From assembly GCA_964016885.1 (NCBI GenBank), contig OZ024764.1:23188001-23252000 (forward strand): DNA of 64,000 bases, written 5' to 3'. The notes under the pieces are model-generated. The model was not told where the DNA came from and searched no databases. It was given only the letters and a program-made list of their open reading frames with translations. The stretch comes from Eledone cirrhosa (taxonomy: Eukaryota). Position numbers and translations under genes: made by a program. Position 1 is the first letter of the stretch. Every line of letters starts with the position of its first letter. Positions 63,517-64,000 of this stretch are shown here, piece by piece.

Positions 63517-64000
63517 AATACCAGAGGACATTGGCATTAAAGAGCACGTTACATCAGACATATCCTCAACATTAACCATTTCTAATGAAAGACACTACCC
63601 ATCATTTTCAAATAATTTTGAAAACACTCAACACTTTGAAGGGATTTAGTAATATAACTAAAGTTCTCAGTATTAAGCTGCTCTTTGGAACATAACTTTG
63701 CACAATTTCATGAAATTACAATGGAAAGTTTTTAGATAAATATAAACACTGATATGAAAAGGATAAAACACTTTTATATCAGTTGTTTCATCAACACCAT
63801 TTTTTAAAGACTAAAGGAAGCTGTTATACAGAACAGATACAACCTTGTTTATATAAATCTATGGGAGAAATACTGGGAAATATTTCTTGTAAACTCAATA
63901 ACACTTCTATTCTTTGCTGTCTGGAATATGTAGAAGATACAAAATAAAGCTGAAGAAATTTACACATGATTTTATAAGATCTTCATATATTGACAAAGAT
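63517..64000 (+). other. Start of exon 2 (5'UTR) of ZNF gene D; CDS expected beyond the window
   Basis: Acceptor ttatttcag|aataccagagg at 63516, with sequence collinear with 22484-22965. Confidence 0.8.

Overview
This is AT-rich, repeat-dense animal DNA, most likely from a coleoid cephalopod such as Octopus. That assignment is inferred from the effector-less C2H2 zinc-finger cluster, (GAT)n-tailed RTE LINEs and tRNA-derived SINE types, not from a database search. The window is a tandem array of a roughly 11-23 kb cassette. Each cassette has a promoter and non-coding exon 1, an intron, one large exon encoding a pure C2H2 finger array, and a fixed train of fossil transposon fragments. That train comprises an antisense RTE piece with an 82-bp minisatellite, a half-finger ZNF remnant, a Helitron-like 3' end, a short RTE-derived element with a 48-bp repeat, a Rex3/Expander-like RTE tail, a hAT element with an 8-bp TSD, and CRE-clade fragments. 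Three ZNF coding regions are visible: one with 16 fingers, and two near-identical frameshifted 7-finger copies 10,919 bp apart. A fourth gene starts at the right edge and a fifth probably lies off the left edge. Unit-specific inserts include two long-ORF RTE LINEs that both carry a PHD-type finger within the RT region, a decayed CRE-like LINE with an N-terminal PHD finger, a CR1-group LINE, a Tigger/pogo element, solo LTRs, a MITE and a 39-bp satellite. All calls were made by eye; TE boundaries without TSDs are approximate.
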